From Paraspadella gotoi (taxonomy: Eukaryota > Animalia > Chaetognatha): a DNA stretch of 64,000 nucleotides. Of this stretch, positions 12,401 through 54,796 are shown one piece after another. Each line of letters opens with the position of its first letter. Within the stretch, counting starts at the first letter, position 1. Location of the stretch: NCBI GenBank assembly GCA_051294375.1, contig CM119265.1, positions 14,481,541 to 14,545,540 on the forward strand, in the 5' to 3' direction. Made by a program: the position numbers and the translations under genes. The notes under the pieces were generated by a model, which worked only from the letters and a program-made list of their open reading frames with translations, was not told the origin of the DNA and did no database searches.

Positions 12401-12590
12401 GACATTCGTATAGTTTAACGTGAAATAATGGATTTTCCTTCCTATTCCTTACCTTAAAGACAAGCCGCTGATGATCAACAGGCACGTCAAAATGACGCGA
12501 AAGAAGACGCTTGATAGCGGAGATGGTGTAGTCGGCCTCTACTTCCAAGTCACACTCTTGGCCGGCGATGAACTTGATGGTCACGATCAT
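9408..12590 (-). CDS. UBL4A: Ubiquitin-like protein 4A (Get5 homolog), 3 exons, ~169 aa
   Basis: Exons 12590-12453, 10031-9822 and 9569-9408 with GT-AG boundaries. N-terminal UBL (QRLVFKGKILADAQCLCDYDI) and C-terminal TUGS-type SLDDIER motif. Confidence 0.85.
10049..11260. mobile_element. Helentron-associated / DINE-1-like non-autonomous element with central tandem repeats
   Basis: 5' end aaacaagtttgagcaaacaatgtcggatc; about 5 internal ~140-170-bp units (catttaaactcatttccact...cacaaaattt); ggacggacagacggac microsatellite; terminal hairpin gtcgggatctgc-tgataa-gcagatccgac whose arm is inverted relative to the 5' subterminal gtcggatc. Confidence 0.65.
11491..12400 (+). CDS. TMEM272-like multi-pass membrane protein, 5 exons, nested antisense in UBL4A intron 1
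   Basis: Exons 11491-11542, 11608-11709, 11798-11857, 11934-12171 and 12241-12400 join in frame with GT-AG. Motifs CPRERMIPIFLIVFG, FIWFLAGNVWVF and CDTDLYLFSFW. Confidence 0.75.
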
Positions 12591-13255
12591 ATCGATGGTT
12601 TTTATTTATTTATTTTTTTTTTTAATATGGGATTAACGGCGAAGAGACGCGCGCGACACGAAAATCTTAATCTTCCCTCTTGAAATTTTTTAGTCACTTT
12701 TTTTTAAGTAATAAAACGTAATTTATTCTGTGTAGTTGTGTGCTATATTTTAGCATTTATGAGTGTGAGTGGATAGAGCGAGACAGAGCGAGAGTCACTC
12801 AGATTCGGTTTGGTCGGTAGACGTCACCTCCTCCTCTTTGTTGACGAGTCACGACGACGACGACGACGCGAACAAAAAGACAATCCAATTCTCGACTCAT
12901 TTTTTTGCTCCGTCGGACGAAGACGAAGAACTCTGGACTTAGTCTGCACTCATCCAAGCCGCAGCAGCCGCTCCTCCACCCTGTTCCACGGTTTCCGACC
13001 CCCACCACCTCCGGGTTATCTCGTGCCGAGATAGATTATCGAATTAGAAACGAAGGTTAAGTTCGGTGAAATTGAAATGGACAAAGTTTGGTATTTTGCA
13101 CTGCACGACGAAGCATCGAGAAAAGGAAGGTTTCCTTCCACGCTGGCAACTAGGGGCGTTCGACGACTTTTGCCTCCGAAGTAGCGAAAGGCGAAAGAGA
13201 AAATATATCTTCCTCTCGGGTTCGAACGACTCGGCACCGCTCAACTGATTTCCTG
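12591..13255. promoter_or_regulatory. Probable bidirectional promoter/5'UTR region between head-to-head UBL4A and ACO1
   Basis: Divergent start codons 665 bp apart; the interval is GC/CpG-richer than its flanks. Confidence 0.45.
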
Positions 13256-42456
<29,201 letters not shown>

Positions 42457-42779
42457 ATTTCTTTTCAAAAACGGAGTTGGTTAGAAAATCCCAAGCCTTT
42501 GTTTGGAAATAATATGCCAGGGATTTTGTTCTTGTATTTTGTTTCGAAAGAGTGAAAAAGACTTCGAAAAACAATCTTTGATCGTTAACCGATTCGTGCC
42601 AAGTTTCATACGGGCGAATGTTTGTTTATACATTCCGTTTTGCGAATTGTATTCATAGATCGAATAATTATTGGTTTTTGTCAAATAATATACCAGTATT
42701 GTTGGTGCGAAAATCTTTTTTTTTTATTTACTACAGTTTAGGGTTACGCATTTAGCTTCATGATTTACGTTAGGAAGCT

Positions 42780-43651
42780 TCATTGAAGTAACCTGTCGAT
42801 CCTGTGTTGATTCCGGGCGATCCCGATCTCGTTAGCTTCCGCCTTTACGTGAATGTTTTCCAGTTGATCGTTCTGCCTCTCAATGACTTCACCCATGTCT
42901 ACGGCCATCGATTTGAGCCCGTCTAAGCAATCGCCCACCGCCCTCAAGTTGGCATCCATCTCCTTTTCGCGATCGTCGCCCAGAGTTTCGACGCAGCGTT
43001 CTTGGTTCGCCGGGGTCGATCCCGCTTCCTCCTTCGCTCCTTTCCTTACGTCGTTTTCTTTCTTATTCTTGACTTTACTTTCCTTTGCTCGGTAGGCGTC
43101 TCTGTAGGCATCAGACCTGTCGAATGTCTTCCATCGTTTCCATGGCAGCGTGAAGCACCCGCAACATTTTTTCATTTCCTCGATGTGCGACTCGGCCTTT
43201 TGGACGCCGACGGCCACCTCATCGAGGTTGTCCTCGATGCGATCAAGTTGCTCACCCTGTCGCACCTGGGAATCACTTAAGTATATGGCTCAGGAGATTC
43301 GAAAACGAAAGTTTTATTTTTATTACTAAAAACTATTATTAAAAATACTAAAAACTTTCGTTTTCGAATCTGCTGATCTTATTGAACATTGAACAACTGA
43401 TTATATTATATATATTAAATGTACATATATGATAAATTTGAGATAGTAGATTCGTAAATTGTTCATACCAGTTCTTCTATTGCCTCTACGCCCACTGCTC
43501 TCGCTTCTTCGATGTGACCCACCATCCGCCTCGTGGCGTCGCGGGACGAATCCACGGCTCGATCGACCCGACGAAGGTAGGCCCGTTTCTGGCCCGCGAG
43601 TTCTTCGTCGACTCGAGGCTGCCACGATGGCGAACCGGTTCGCGACGCCAT
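42780..43651 (-). CDS. SNAP-25-like Qbc-SNARE, 2 exons, 222 aa
   Basis: Exons 43651-43469 and 43265-42780. First SNARE helix (SSRDATRRM...ELVRQGEQLDRIE), Cys cluster KKCCGCF, second helix (DDREKEMDANL...LKSMAVDMGEVIERQNDQLE). Confidence 0.85.
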
Positions 43652-43724
43652 CCTCGGTTTTAAAAGTTACGGTCGTAAAAGTCGAGACGCTCCTCGTAGA
43701 TTAGGGGAAAAAACTTCGCCTTTA

Positions 43725-44260
43725 CAGTAGCGGTAGCCGACCAAATTCAGATTTCAATGGAACCAGCATTAAACTCATCCATTATTGGTTTAATTAATTA
43801 TTGTGTTAAAATATTTTTTTTGCAAAAATGTTCCGAACCATGAGTAATTCGCTAATTTAAATTATTATTTTGCTATATAATTGTTAAATTTTTTTTGTAT
43901 TTTAAGTTTTTTAATTGATTCTGATAGAGTCTTAAAAAGTTAAGCAAAAATATAATTACAACTTTTTAAAATTTTGATGTTTATTTACAAAAAATTGAGT
44001 AAAAAACTGCTTAATTATCGGATGATGATGATGATGATGATGATTTTTTAAGGTTTTTCTCAATTTTAACCCACTTATCATCAAAATATTAAAAAAAGAA
44101 TTTATACTTTGTGTAGATAACTTTTTATAAAGCTATTTGAATCTGCTTTTAAAATAAAAAATCAAAAATTTTTTTTGACATTTCCTATCTATAAATAAAT
44201 ATTAAAAAAATTAATTACTAATGCTTTTTGCCATTTTAGAAAAGTTTTTCATACATTTCT
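43725..44260. repeat. AT-rich dispersed repeat; second same-orientation copy at ~45070-45500
   Basis: Both copies begin tagcggt-gccgaccaaattca-attt-aatgg and share the gatgatgatgat block; partial matches at ~400-560, ~3985-4230 and ~18760-18950. Confidence 0.7.
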
Positions 44261-44502
44261 GAGATAACTTTCAATGGAGCAGTTTCATTTGGAAAGGTTC
44301 CCAAATCAAACTTCTGACCCACCCCATTGACGAAGTTTGGCTCTACTTTAAGTTTAAAGTATTCAAGCTTTGTACTTCTTTGAAAATTTCGCGAAAAGAA
44401 ATTCGATTAAACTTACAGATAAGATAATCTCTTTAAGCAGAAAACTTTGAGAAAAGCCTCAAGTTTTGTTTTTTTTGGATTTGTTCTTATTGATCGGTCG
44501 AA

Positions 44503-46604
44503 ATGCCGAGAGATGCCGACCCCGGAGAGAAGGTCGACCCGGAGAGTTTCCTCCATTTGCCTTATTGGCGTTATTACCGAGACGGCGTCCTGCTTCACGG
44601 ATGGCAGAATAGAGTACCGCAGGACCCTCAACCCGGCCCCTTTAAAAGAAAGGGGGAAGAAACAGCGTTGCCTCAAGGTCGGTCAAAAAAGGAATCTATG
44701 CTCTGTTTTAAACTTTCCCTAATGGGAATACTTTTAATTTTACCGATCGTAACCGAACCGGTTATTTATTTTTTTATTTGTATATATATCATTTTTTAGC
44801 TTCAGCGTAAAATTCAGGGTAAAATTTTATTTTTGCCGACTGGGGTTTGGCTTCTTTTAAATTTAATTTTTTAAATTAAAAAATTATTTAAAAAGATATT
44901 TTTAAAAAAAATATTATATAATTATTTTAAAAATTTTACTTTTGCTGACCGTGGTTTTGGCGTTTTGAAAAACCTTTCAAAATATTTATTTTTTAAAAAA
45001 ATTTAAAAAATTATTTAATTATTTTAACTTTAAACTCTTTTAAGCTTAACCATAAACCAATTAACCCTAAATAGCGGTCGCCGACCAAATTCAAATTTTA
45101 ATGGGAACAGTATTAAACGAATCTATTATTGGTATTAGTTAGTGTTAAAATATTTTTTTGCAAAAATGTTCCGAACTATGAGTAATTCGCTAATTAAAAT
45201 TATTATTTTGCTATATAATGTTTTTTTTTTTTATTTTAATTTTTTTTTAATTGATTCTGATAGAGCTCAAAATGTTAAGCAAAACATATAATTACAACTT
45301 TTTAAAATTTTGATGTTTTATTACTGAAAATGAGCAAAAACTATTAAAATCATCAGATGATGATGATGAGGATGATTTTTTTAGGTTTTTCCCCAATTTT
45401 CACACACAAAAAATTTTTTGACATTTCTTATCTATAAATAAATATTAAAAAGTTAATTACTAATGCTTCTATCCATTTTTGAAAATTTTGGTCCATGGAA
45501 AGTTTTCTCAAAAACTTGTGAATTTGACGCAGAAAAAAAGTAAAAAACGCCAGATCTTTTGTTTAAAAGTTATTCTTTTCCCGCTCAAGGCACTATCTGA
45601 AACGAAGATTTTACGAACAAGTGGTTTAGTTTCTTTATGAAAATAGTAAACTAAAATACTGCTTTTAAAAACGATAATTATTTGTTTTAAGGCTTAAGTC
45701 GAACTGATGTCATTTGAAACAGTTTAACCACTATTTTATACAGTTTAACCACTATTTCATAACAGGAAAACCTATTGAGAACAAGTACTCGCACTATTAC
45801 AAAAGCTCGTATCAAAACGACTATCTTAGCCGGGTACCGAAAGATCAGTCGTTCGCCATGCAACTCAACGAATTCGTCAATCAAACTGAACAGATTTTAG
45901 GTTAAACGATGAAATTTGTAATTTTATGAAATTTTAATTTGCGATATTCTTATCAAAGTTACGTTACGTATAGGCAAAGGAAAGTTTAATGGTAGTTTAA
46001 TTTCGGGAAACTCGGAAGAAACTATCAGGGGGGAAAAATCCAATTTTTTTTCTGAGAAGAAAATTTTTTTTTTATTATAACATTAAACAATGAAAATAAA
46101 TGCAGCATAAAAGATAATAATTTGAAAGTTGCAAACTGTGTAAAAAAATCAAAATGGTTTCACGAAAGTTACTTATTTTTGCATGGTTGAAGGTTATCCT
46201 GGTAAGGACCCGAACATGACATCTTCTCACGATCGTTGGTCCGATCGATTCCGAGCCGCTTCCGAGTACATGTACGAATACGCTCATCCGGAAATCAAGA
46301 AGGATCCATGCAAAGCCATTTTCGGACACGCCATTCCGACGCGTCTCGAAAAGGTGGTTGTAAATGCATAATTTGGATTTCGGAACGACGAAAATAGATT
46401 CACTTTTAATAATAATAATAATAGTAATAAAATTGATCATGCTATAACCAGGATCCCGAATGCGAGTTGGTATGTCCTTCGAATCTCAGCGCTGAAGAGA
46501 AGCAAAAAGAAGAGGAAGAAAAAGAAAGAAAAGATATTGAAAGGGAAAAATGCGAACGAAAGATGGCGCTCTTTACGAAACCGCTTTCTCGTCCGCCATT
46601 TTGA
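44503..46604 (+). CDS. CFAP68 (C11orf1/UPF0686)-like ciliary microtubule-inner protein, 4 exons, ~207 aa
   Basis: Exons 44503-44677, 45766-45900, 46193-46353 and 46452-46604 join in frame, with AATAAA at ~46697. GVLLHGW, KPIENKYSHYYKSSYQNDY and GYPGKDP...SEYMYEY resemble C11orf1 motifs as I recall them. The gene model is firmer than the family call. Confidence 0.55.
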
Positions 46605-46792
46605 AAGGGGAAATCCATTTGGGACCTCAATACATAATTATATATTATCATACATTGTTTTTCATTCTAAACTTGTCGCGTTTTTCGTGGTCGCTCAATA
46701 AAGTTATACATAAAATCGTTAGATCCACATTCTCACTGATCAATATTATTTTTTTTCAAACCTCTACGGTCTACTGTTACAGTCTCCATAGT

Positions 46793-47137
46793 TTAAACTA
46801 GAACGAATATGGAATCGTTTAAATCAGTATTTTCACTATTTTCACCTAACTCGTCCAATTCACCAGCCTCTGTCAACTTATCTATTGACTTCCCCAAGTC
46901 AATGCCCACTATATCACCAATCTCCTCCGTTTCTCTTCGCGCCCAACTTCGTTCTAATTCTCTCCTTTTCGCGTCGTCGGCTGCTTTGTGTCGATTCCTT
47001 CGAACGGAAACGTCCCGTAATGACGTTGCCTCGTCGCCGCTGCCGCCGCCGCATCCCGGACCCCTTTCGGGATCGCATTTCCGTAGCCGCAGCAGAATTC
47101 TGCAGCTTGCGTTTTGGCTCGAGGGGGTTAATGACAT
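46793..47137 (-). CDS. Hypothetical 114-aa protein or terminal exon
   Basis: ATG-initiated, GC-richer ORF with a basic middle and acidic C-terminus; no recognisable domain. Confidence 0.3.
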   Translation of the reverse strand: MSLTPSSQNASCRILLRLRKCDPERGPGCGGGSGDEATSLRDVSVRRNRHKAADDAKRRELERSWARRETEEIGDIVGIDLGKSIDKLTEAGELDELGENSENTDLNDSIFVLV

Positions 47138-47517
47138 CGAGTTACGAACTGTTTTTGTTTCAAAAATTGTCTTTTTAATTGACTTTTTAACTCGAGGCCG
47201 ATTGATTGCCCTGTGAGCGAACGATATTTATATTATATTTATATCGTTTCCCCATATCTATACATTTCCGTAGACAAAAAAAAAAAACTGTTTGTCCTAA
47301 AAACGTGTCTTCTGCCGAACAAAGCTCTCGGTTTCATTCTCGAATCGTTTTTGAGGTAACAAAAGACTTAATGAAGCTTTCTCCGACCACCGGGACAAAG
47401 GAACCCAACTTTCCAACAATTCTTTTCATCTCTCCCGCCTCTCGCTTCTCTCCTTAGGGTTATCATGGATCCTCTCTTACCCTCACAACCCCGTCAGAGA
47501 AAGAACCGCGGAGATTC

Positions 47518-47706
47518 AATATATTATGGCGACGGGGAGACGTGTGATGCCCCGGGTGTGAGGCATCTCCCGACAGCTGGCGCTCATTGCTTCGGACATG
47601 TTACTGGCGTGTTTATGCCGACACCATCACACTTTAACCATCGTGAGGGGGATTGAACCCGGAACTTACGGTTGATGAACGAGTACTTAGCTGTCCAAGC
47701 CAATGG
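47518..47706 (-). mobile_element. tRNA-derived SINE, family A
   Basis: Minus strand has A-box-like tggcttggacagc and B-box gggttcaatccc; the body matches 13901-14110. Confidence 0.65.
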
Positions 47707-50484
47707 CCAAATGCGATTTTCTTTGTATACTTTGTTTCTCTCCTAAATGACGCCCTATCAGTTAATAACATAAAAAAATCCTATTAAATTCTTTTAAAAC
47801 TTTTAAAACTTTTTGGTTTTCACTACTTCGATTATCTTATCTTTTCTGTCTTTATTTTTGGCCAGTCGCGTCTGTAGCCTACCCAATAACCAATCCTCCT
47901 TTGCAATGAATCCGCCAACTCAAATTCTATAGTTAATTCCTTCAAGTGTATCCCTTTATCATCTCCACCCAACGCTGCATTGCGTGCACCCATCGCTCAC
48001 GTCGCAACCTCCTTTCCGCCGCCCCGCGAGGATCGACGGAGCGGATGATTCGAGGTTATTTTCTCTGCGGCGCCCGAGGGTTCGAAGGTCTTTGGAATCG
48101 GCGGCGAGAGCGGCGCCGATAGCGGCAGGGAGGGGACCGTTGCCAACGACAATTGTGGTTTGGGCATTCTCAGTAGACGCGCCGCTTTTCGCATCGCTGA
48201 CCGGAGGATAAAGTCGCAATTTCGTGGTACACGTAGGAAGACTAGAAAGACGGGGCGTTGGCTTTAGCTTAGGATAAACTAGTAACTTAATTATTCGTAG
48301 TATTTTCTACAGTATATATTGAGGCGCGAGGGGATTTTTTTTTTTATAGTCGTCACTCTTGCGAAGACCAAATTATTTTTTTTCTCGCTGAATATTTGAC
48401 TTCGTTGCCATAGAAACGATCTTTGAGCGTCGGCGTTAACCGATGCTAGGGAGTCACAAAACCTCAGAGACCTTTTCTCCCTCTTTTTTTTTTTTTTTCT
48501 TTTTCGGCCTGAATTTGTGATTTCGTTGGGGAAAAAACTAAATTCGTGGGCGATGTGAGGGAGAAAGAAGACGACGACGGCGAATTTCCAGCAAAGACGA
48601 TACATCGCACCATGAATTTGTGATGAAGCGAATGAAAAAGCAGAAAAAAAACCCAAGTGACTAAAGTCAGAAAAGAATAAAGACGATAAAATTATTTGTG
48701 AAAAATGGGTACATTTAGAATAATAAAAAAATTATGACGGAAGATTGGATTAGAGCGTTGGTTGTGTGCACATTGTGCACTGCACAAGCTTAACGGGAGT
48801 TTGTCAAAGTCTGGTGGGTACGCGAGAAACCGCTGAGGGCCGAGGCGTTTGTTTCATACTCCCTGCTTTCCATTTATGTACAAGCGCTTGCTTATGATAA
48901 ATTCTTAAATTTCCCCCCCCCTTTTTTTTTTGCATTCCCTCATTCTCCATCCCTCTATTCTCCATTATACTCCTTGTTTCCACGAGGCCTCATAACGACT
49001 CCCACGGGACCTCAGTAATTTCATGGATTCGCTCGTAACCGACCCCTCTTCCCATTCTTCTTCCTCTTCCTCTTCCTCTTCCCTATCGTTGTTCTCATCC
49101 TTTTCTCTTCCCCCAGCACGGGTACTCATTCCCATAATTTTTCGGTTTTAAAAAGCCTCTTCACAAATTTATTATAATTAACAAAATATTGATTTTAGTA
49201 TATACATAATACTGAAAGCATGAAATAAACGATGTTTTTTTCCTTACAGTAGAAAGAACCGTTTTCAGTGATATTACTTAATTTTCACAGTTTGAAAGCA
49301 GTCTTGATGAAGCGAGTGAACCATTAGCCACAAGTGTCACAAGTCGCCCCCTACGCGTATTCCGTCGTCACCGTCTTCCTTAGCGACGTCAAACATGAAT
49401 ACGACATACATGGAAAACCATTATTAGAAGGAAAAACGCGGTTGCGCTGTTATACTGTAAAACGTATATATACTGTAAAACTTAAAGTGCGAATTAGCGT
49501 GAATTTCTTTGCTTTTCGCTGACCCGGTGCTTTTTTGTTTTCTATTCTCAGTTCCCCAACCGAGTCGCCGTAAATCTTACACAAATATTTAACGTAGTTA
49601 TTTAAATTTTTAAAATTATACCGAGTCTGAGGTACAGACTGCCTGGAAACAACTTTTCGATTAACGTTTTACGCATTGTATTATTGGAACGAAGTCAATG
49701 AGGCGGCCATACTGGGAAGATAATCTGCAGGCCCTTTCCCTCGGGATGTGTGAACAATTTATCGCGGCGTCGTCGGAGCGAAGCGCCCTTGAACTTCATC
49801 TCTTGAGATCAAATATTCCGCGTCGGCGGCGCCCATTTTAAATGAAAAGCATTAGGCGCGGCGCCCTTTTCTCGATTCGACGGAGCGCGACGTTCTTTCG
49901 CGGAACCCAGGGGGCGCTAGGCGTCGATAACTGCGAAAAGGCTCGATCTAGGAAACGAGGCGCGAGGCTCAGAGGCGCCCTCGACTTGCCGGCGTAGCGC
50001 CTGTGAAGGATATTAGTCGGTGATTGCTGGATGGAGAAATTTCTTTCAGTTTGTATAAGATTTTTATCCCAAGTCTCTTTAATCAAAAAAACAATTACCA
50101 ATTCGAGTCGCGCCGGCTGAAGACGTTTTCCCACTTCGTTTGTTTACATTTTTTTTTCAAAAGATAAACAAAAGCCTCACGTTTCGTCTCGACATTCGTC
50201 AACACCATTTTTTTTCTTCTCTCGAAGAAAAGTAAACAAATCGTCACTTCGCCACCGTCGCGCTGACGTAATCGTCACGTGATCCCCATGTGATTAGAGC
50301 GCCGTAACGAACTAACAAACGAACGAGGAGTCGGTTGCGGCGGCGGCGTTGGCGCAGTCGGCTTAGACTCATCAGCGCACTCTTGGCGGCAACGACGAAA
50401 AAAACAAACGGTTTTTTCGCCGCGTCGATTAGAAAGAGAAACAATTAAAACGCCTCCTGTCCTCTTTTAGACTGATCAGTAAGG

Positions 50485-50485
50485 C

Positions 50486-50557
<72 letters not shown>

Positions 50558-50558
50558 T

Positions 50559-50598
<40 letters not shown>

Positions 50599-51229
50599 TT
50601 TTTCTTTGTTTCCTTCCTTCTTTCTTTCTTTCTTTCTTTTTTGTTTCTTTCTTTCTCCAAAGTGACGATGCCTAAATAAAAGGGAGAAAACGACAACACT
50701 TTTGGAAAGGCTTTCATTGTCGCCGCTCTTAAAATACGGCGCCATTTTTTTGAACGTTGTAATTTGAGTCGATCTCTCAATTTGGTAAGAATTGTCAAAT
50801 TTTATTTTTTTTCTTAAACCTTTTTTGTTAAAGCTTTTTAAATTATAATGAAAAATATAAAAAAACATAATTGTTAAAAATATAAAGTATTCCTTCGGCC
50901 CGACTTCTCTCGGCTAAATCCATTTCTTTCCTAAATTTTTCGTCAAACGACTTTTTCCCCTGAAGAAATTCGTTGGAGATTCTTCTTCCTCCTCTTCTCT
51001 CCTCTAAGACCGAAAAGAGATGAGCTCTTCCCCCCCCCTCGTCCTTTCTCCTCATTAAGCCTTCCTTAGGAAAGCGCCACATTTTACAACTCACTTGTTT
51101 TTTCAAATCCTATGAAACTGTAATGATGACGTTTTCTCCAAGCTCGACTCGTTGAAAGAGAGCACAGTGAAAGCGTTAATGGAATCGGGGGGAAAAAACG
51201 ATAGAGCGGGAGAGGATCATTGAATGAGA

Positions 51230-51292
<63 letters not shown>

Positions 51293-51572
51293 GCGGAATT
51301 GCCGGGGTATCTATGGAGAGAAACGTCTGAGAAAGAGAGCGCTGCGGAGATAAAAGAAAAGCGATAGAGATTCAGATTTTCATTAACTTTTTTCTTTTTA
51401 TGTCGTCATCTAATGTCGAAAGACATCATTAACCAAATTGATTCTTGACGCTTTTCAATAGAAGGACTGAAACCATGAACAACTTCACTCTAACAATGTA
51501 TTAAAGCTTCGCGAATGAATTCATGGATTATGAGGAAAGGGGGGACTTGAAATTTAACTTCTCGTATTGAGT

Positions 51573-51637
<65 letters not shown>

Positions 51638-52370
51638 AAGATGTCATTAGACTGTCAACGCCATCTTTGCTCTCGTCGCCACTACGTCGGTTCGGCTCTC
51701 AGTCATCGTTAACGAATTTTTAGACCGCATTTCTGAGAATCAGACTAGATATTCTACAGAAATCGGTATCCAAAATATTTTTTTAATTTTGTCCATCATC
51801 CATGCTATTAGTTTTCGTTTAAAAGTTGGATTCTGATCAATTGTGCCACGATTGGAATGATTAAATGATAATTTTTATATTGGTTGTACCAATTTCATAA
51901 AATTCAGCTCCTTGTATTTTGATGCCGGGCAGAGTACAATATAGTATTCCCGGTCTAATACTTAAGGGAGTCTTTTCATACAATTAAGACATTTTTTGAA
52001 GCATAATACCACTTTATTGATGGGGAAGCCAGGTACTCTGGGAGTAAGTAAACTCGACTGAGAGTGATGGAGGCCTTAAACCACCAAAGCCTGTCCAAAG
52101 TCAGGGGAAAGATAGCTTATTTATTAAATGATTGGATAATTTCATAAATATAACATGAATATTGCAATATTCAAAATAAGGGTTCAAGATCGAATTGTTG
52201 TATTGTACTAATGCAGTTTCAGACAGACAGGCGTCCGGCATGAACAGTTGAACACTGTTCATTGAACAGTCGAGTGACTTAGAAATTAGTCCGACCATAA
52301 GACCGTCAACCTCCTCTTTGATTTGTATTTTTAATATTTTTGCCTGCTTGCTTGCTTGCTTTCCTGCTTA

Positions 52371-52405
<35 letters not shown>

Positions 52406-52880
52406 TCGTTATTTCTTTCTTTCTTTTATTCTTTTTATCTTTCTATCTTTCTTTCTTTCTTTCTTTCTCGAAATAACCTTCCCATAGGTAATTATCGTTC
52501 ATGGCGACCGTTAGCGGCGCTACTTTCCCCTCGCGAAGCGCAAATGTTAGCGTTTTGCGGGTTGGCGGCGACGAGCGTCTCTAGCGGCGGCAGCGGCTGC
52601 GGCGGCGGCGCCTCCGCAACGGTTCGCGGCGCTTCGACGTCGTTAAGCCAAACGCCGTGCGAGGCGTTAGCATCGTCAGCAGTCGAGAGGCCCCGACGTC
52701 AGGAAAGGGGGTTGCGGCCGGCGAAAGCGGGGGTGTGGGGGAGTGTGAGGGGGGACTGGTCCCAATGCTAACGACATCATAACAACGACTCTTTTCAAAT
52801 TCAAAATCCGAAAGAGAGAAAGAGAGGCCGGTGGCGGGAGAAAATGTGGCGGTTGAGAGAGAGAAAGCGGTAACGGAGAG

Positions 52881-52936
<56 letters not shown>

Positions 52937-54710
52937 CAGGTCGCGAGAAGTTAAAAGCTCTGAATTAATACGATGTTGAGTCTTCCCACCCATTTTGCGA
53001 TCGGTCGTTTAAAACTCTATTCTCTCTCTCTCCTCTCCTCTCTCTAGCTCTCTCTCTCTCTTGTCTCTCTCTCTCTCCTCTATCAATTTTTTTTGTCTTT
53101 CGTTTCTTACAGGCTGACATCCCTCACCCATCGACTTCGTTGTCTTTGTTACCTCAAACTGTCGATTGTTGACAGATGCTGACAGATGCCGACAAACACC
53201 GGCAGATGCCAATAAATTACGGCAAAAGTCGGAGGACGCGGTGGAACCTTTTGAAAATCAAACGCGCGTGACCTCCTCCTCTTCCTCCTCCTTCATCCCA
53301 AGCCCACGCCCTCTCTGAGCGCAGAGAGAAGATAAGAAGACAAAGAAAGAGAAGAGAGAGAGAAAGCGAGAAAGTGAGAGAGAGAGAGAGAGAGAGATTA
53401 TTTTTTTATACATACAAAAATTAATGAAACTCATAATGGTATGCCACTCATATTCTAAAAATTACCGGGTGAAAATTTTTGATTGGATTTCAGTTTCTAT
53501 CACAGAAAACTCTCACCTCAGCCTCAAATCCTGACCTTAGTCGCGGGTAAGTTTTTGACGACTTCGTCTCTACGATTCACGACGACGACGACGACGACGA
53601 CGGAACGTTTTTGTTCTAAGATCATCGGCGCAACGACCGAGGGCTGAGGTGCCCCTTAACTCTGCCAAAGGGGGTTTGGCTTCTGGCTTCTCGTCTCCTT
53701 TTTTTTTTACCCTTTTTTCCGTTTCTTGGATCATAAACCCCGCGTTAAGACGCCTCGTGCCGTGACGCCATAACCGATTTTCTTTACGATGCTTTTACTA
53801 TCTCTCTCTCTCTCCATCACTCTCTCACTCACTCTCTCTCTCTCTCTCTTTCTCTCACTCTCTCTGTCTCTAACCTCCTCAAGTTCTGATTCTCCAGTCT
53901 TCGTCTATGTCCGGGTTAATAAGTCAGACGGATTTGAGAGAGGGTTTTGTAACGATTACTCAGTTTGACTCGTGACAACTTCGACTGGCCCAAATCTCCA
54001 TGCCGCTCCTATTCTAGTATTTCTCACTCCTCCCTCAACCCTTCACTTTCCCCTCCTACGTTTCTCCTGCTCTCACAGTGAAAACCTTCAAGTCTTCGCC
54101 GACCTTAAAATTCGTCCCGAAATCTTTGGTGGGCGTGGATCGGTTCGNNNNNNNNNNNNNNNNNNNNNNNNNGATTTAGAGGCCTTGCGCAGCGTTAGTT
54201 GGTAAGTTATAGACGGGCTGTCGGAGATAAGGCGGACTTCGGCGGGGATCCTCGCCGTTTATGAGTCCGAAGTCTGGCGCGTATCAGGAATGGGGTCAGT
54301 CTAATGCTTCCAATAAAAACCGCTCCGTTTATGTGCTTCATATCTTTAGAGAAAAGGAAAGAGGGAAACGAGAGCGAGAGTGGGAGCGGGGGGAGAGAGA
54401 GAGAGAAGAGAGAGGAGAGAGAAGAGAGAGGAGAGAGAGAGAGAGGAGAGAGAGAGAGAAAGAGGGCGGACACAAAGGTAGCGAGAAACGAGATGGCTGC
54501 CTTTGGTGCCCGAGGCGTTAGAACCTTGGCTCCTGATTACGAGGGAGGTTTTTGTATTTCGAGGAGGAGGAGGAGGAAGGGGAGGAGGAGGAAGAGCGAG
54601 GAATCGAGGGGGGCGGAAGGGGGGGCGGGGGAGGATGGAACACTTGTTGCAAACGACGGAACTTTTTTTTTTTGTTTGGGAAAACAAACAATGGAGTGGA
54701 GAGTGGAAGT

Positions 54711-54796
<86 letters not shown>

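Noticed and set aside
45718-45765. 21-bp tandem duplication creating alternative acceptors
   Set aside because: Using the upstream AGs gives an immediate stop (G|TT TAA); only the acceptor at 45765 keeps the frame.
47630-47706. tRNA gene
   Set aside because: A and B boxes are present but there is no full cloverleaf, and the sequence continues into a body shared with another copy, so it is a SINE head.
47959-48240. GC-rich ORFs as an upstream exon of the 46793-47137 ORF
   Set aside because: Several frames are open because of GC content; there is no recognisable domain and no convincing donor.
49765-49835. tgagatca (bantam-family seed) inside a GC-clamped hairpin
   Set aside because: The stem is poorly paired, the loop is only ~5 nt, and the sequence after the seed does not resemble bantam.
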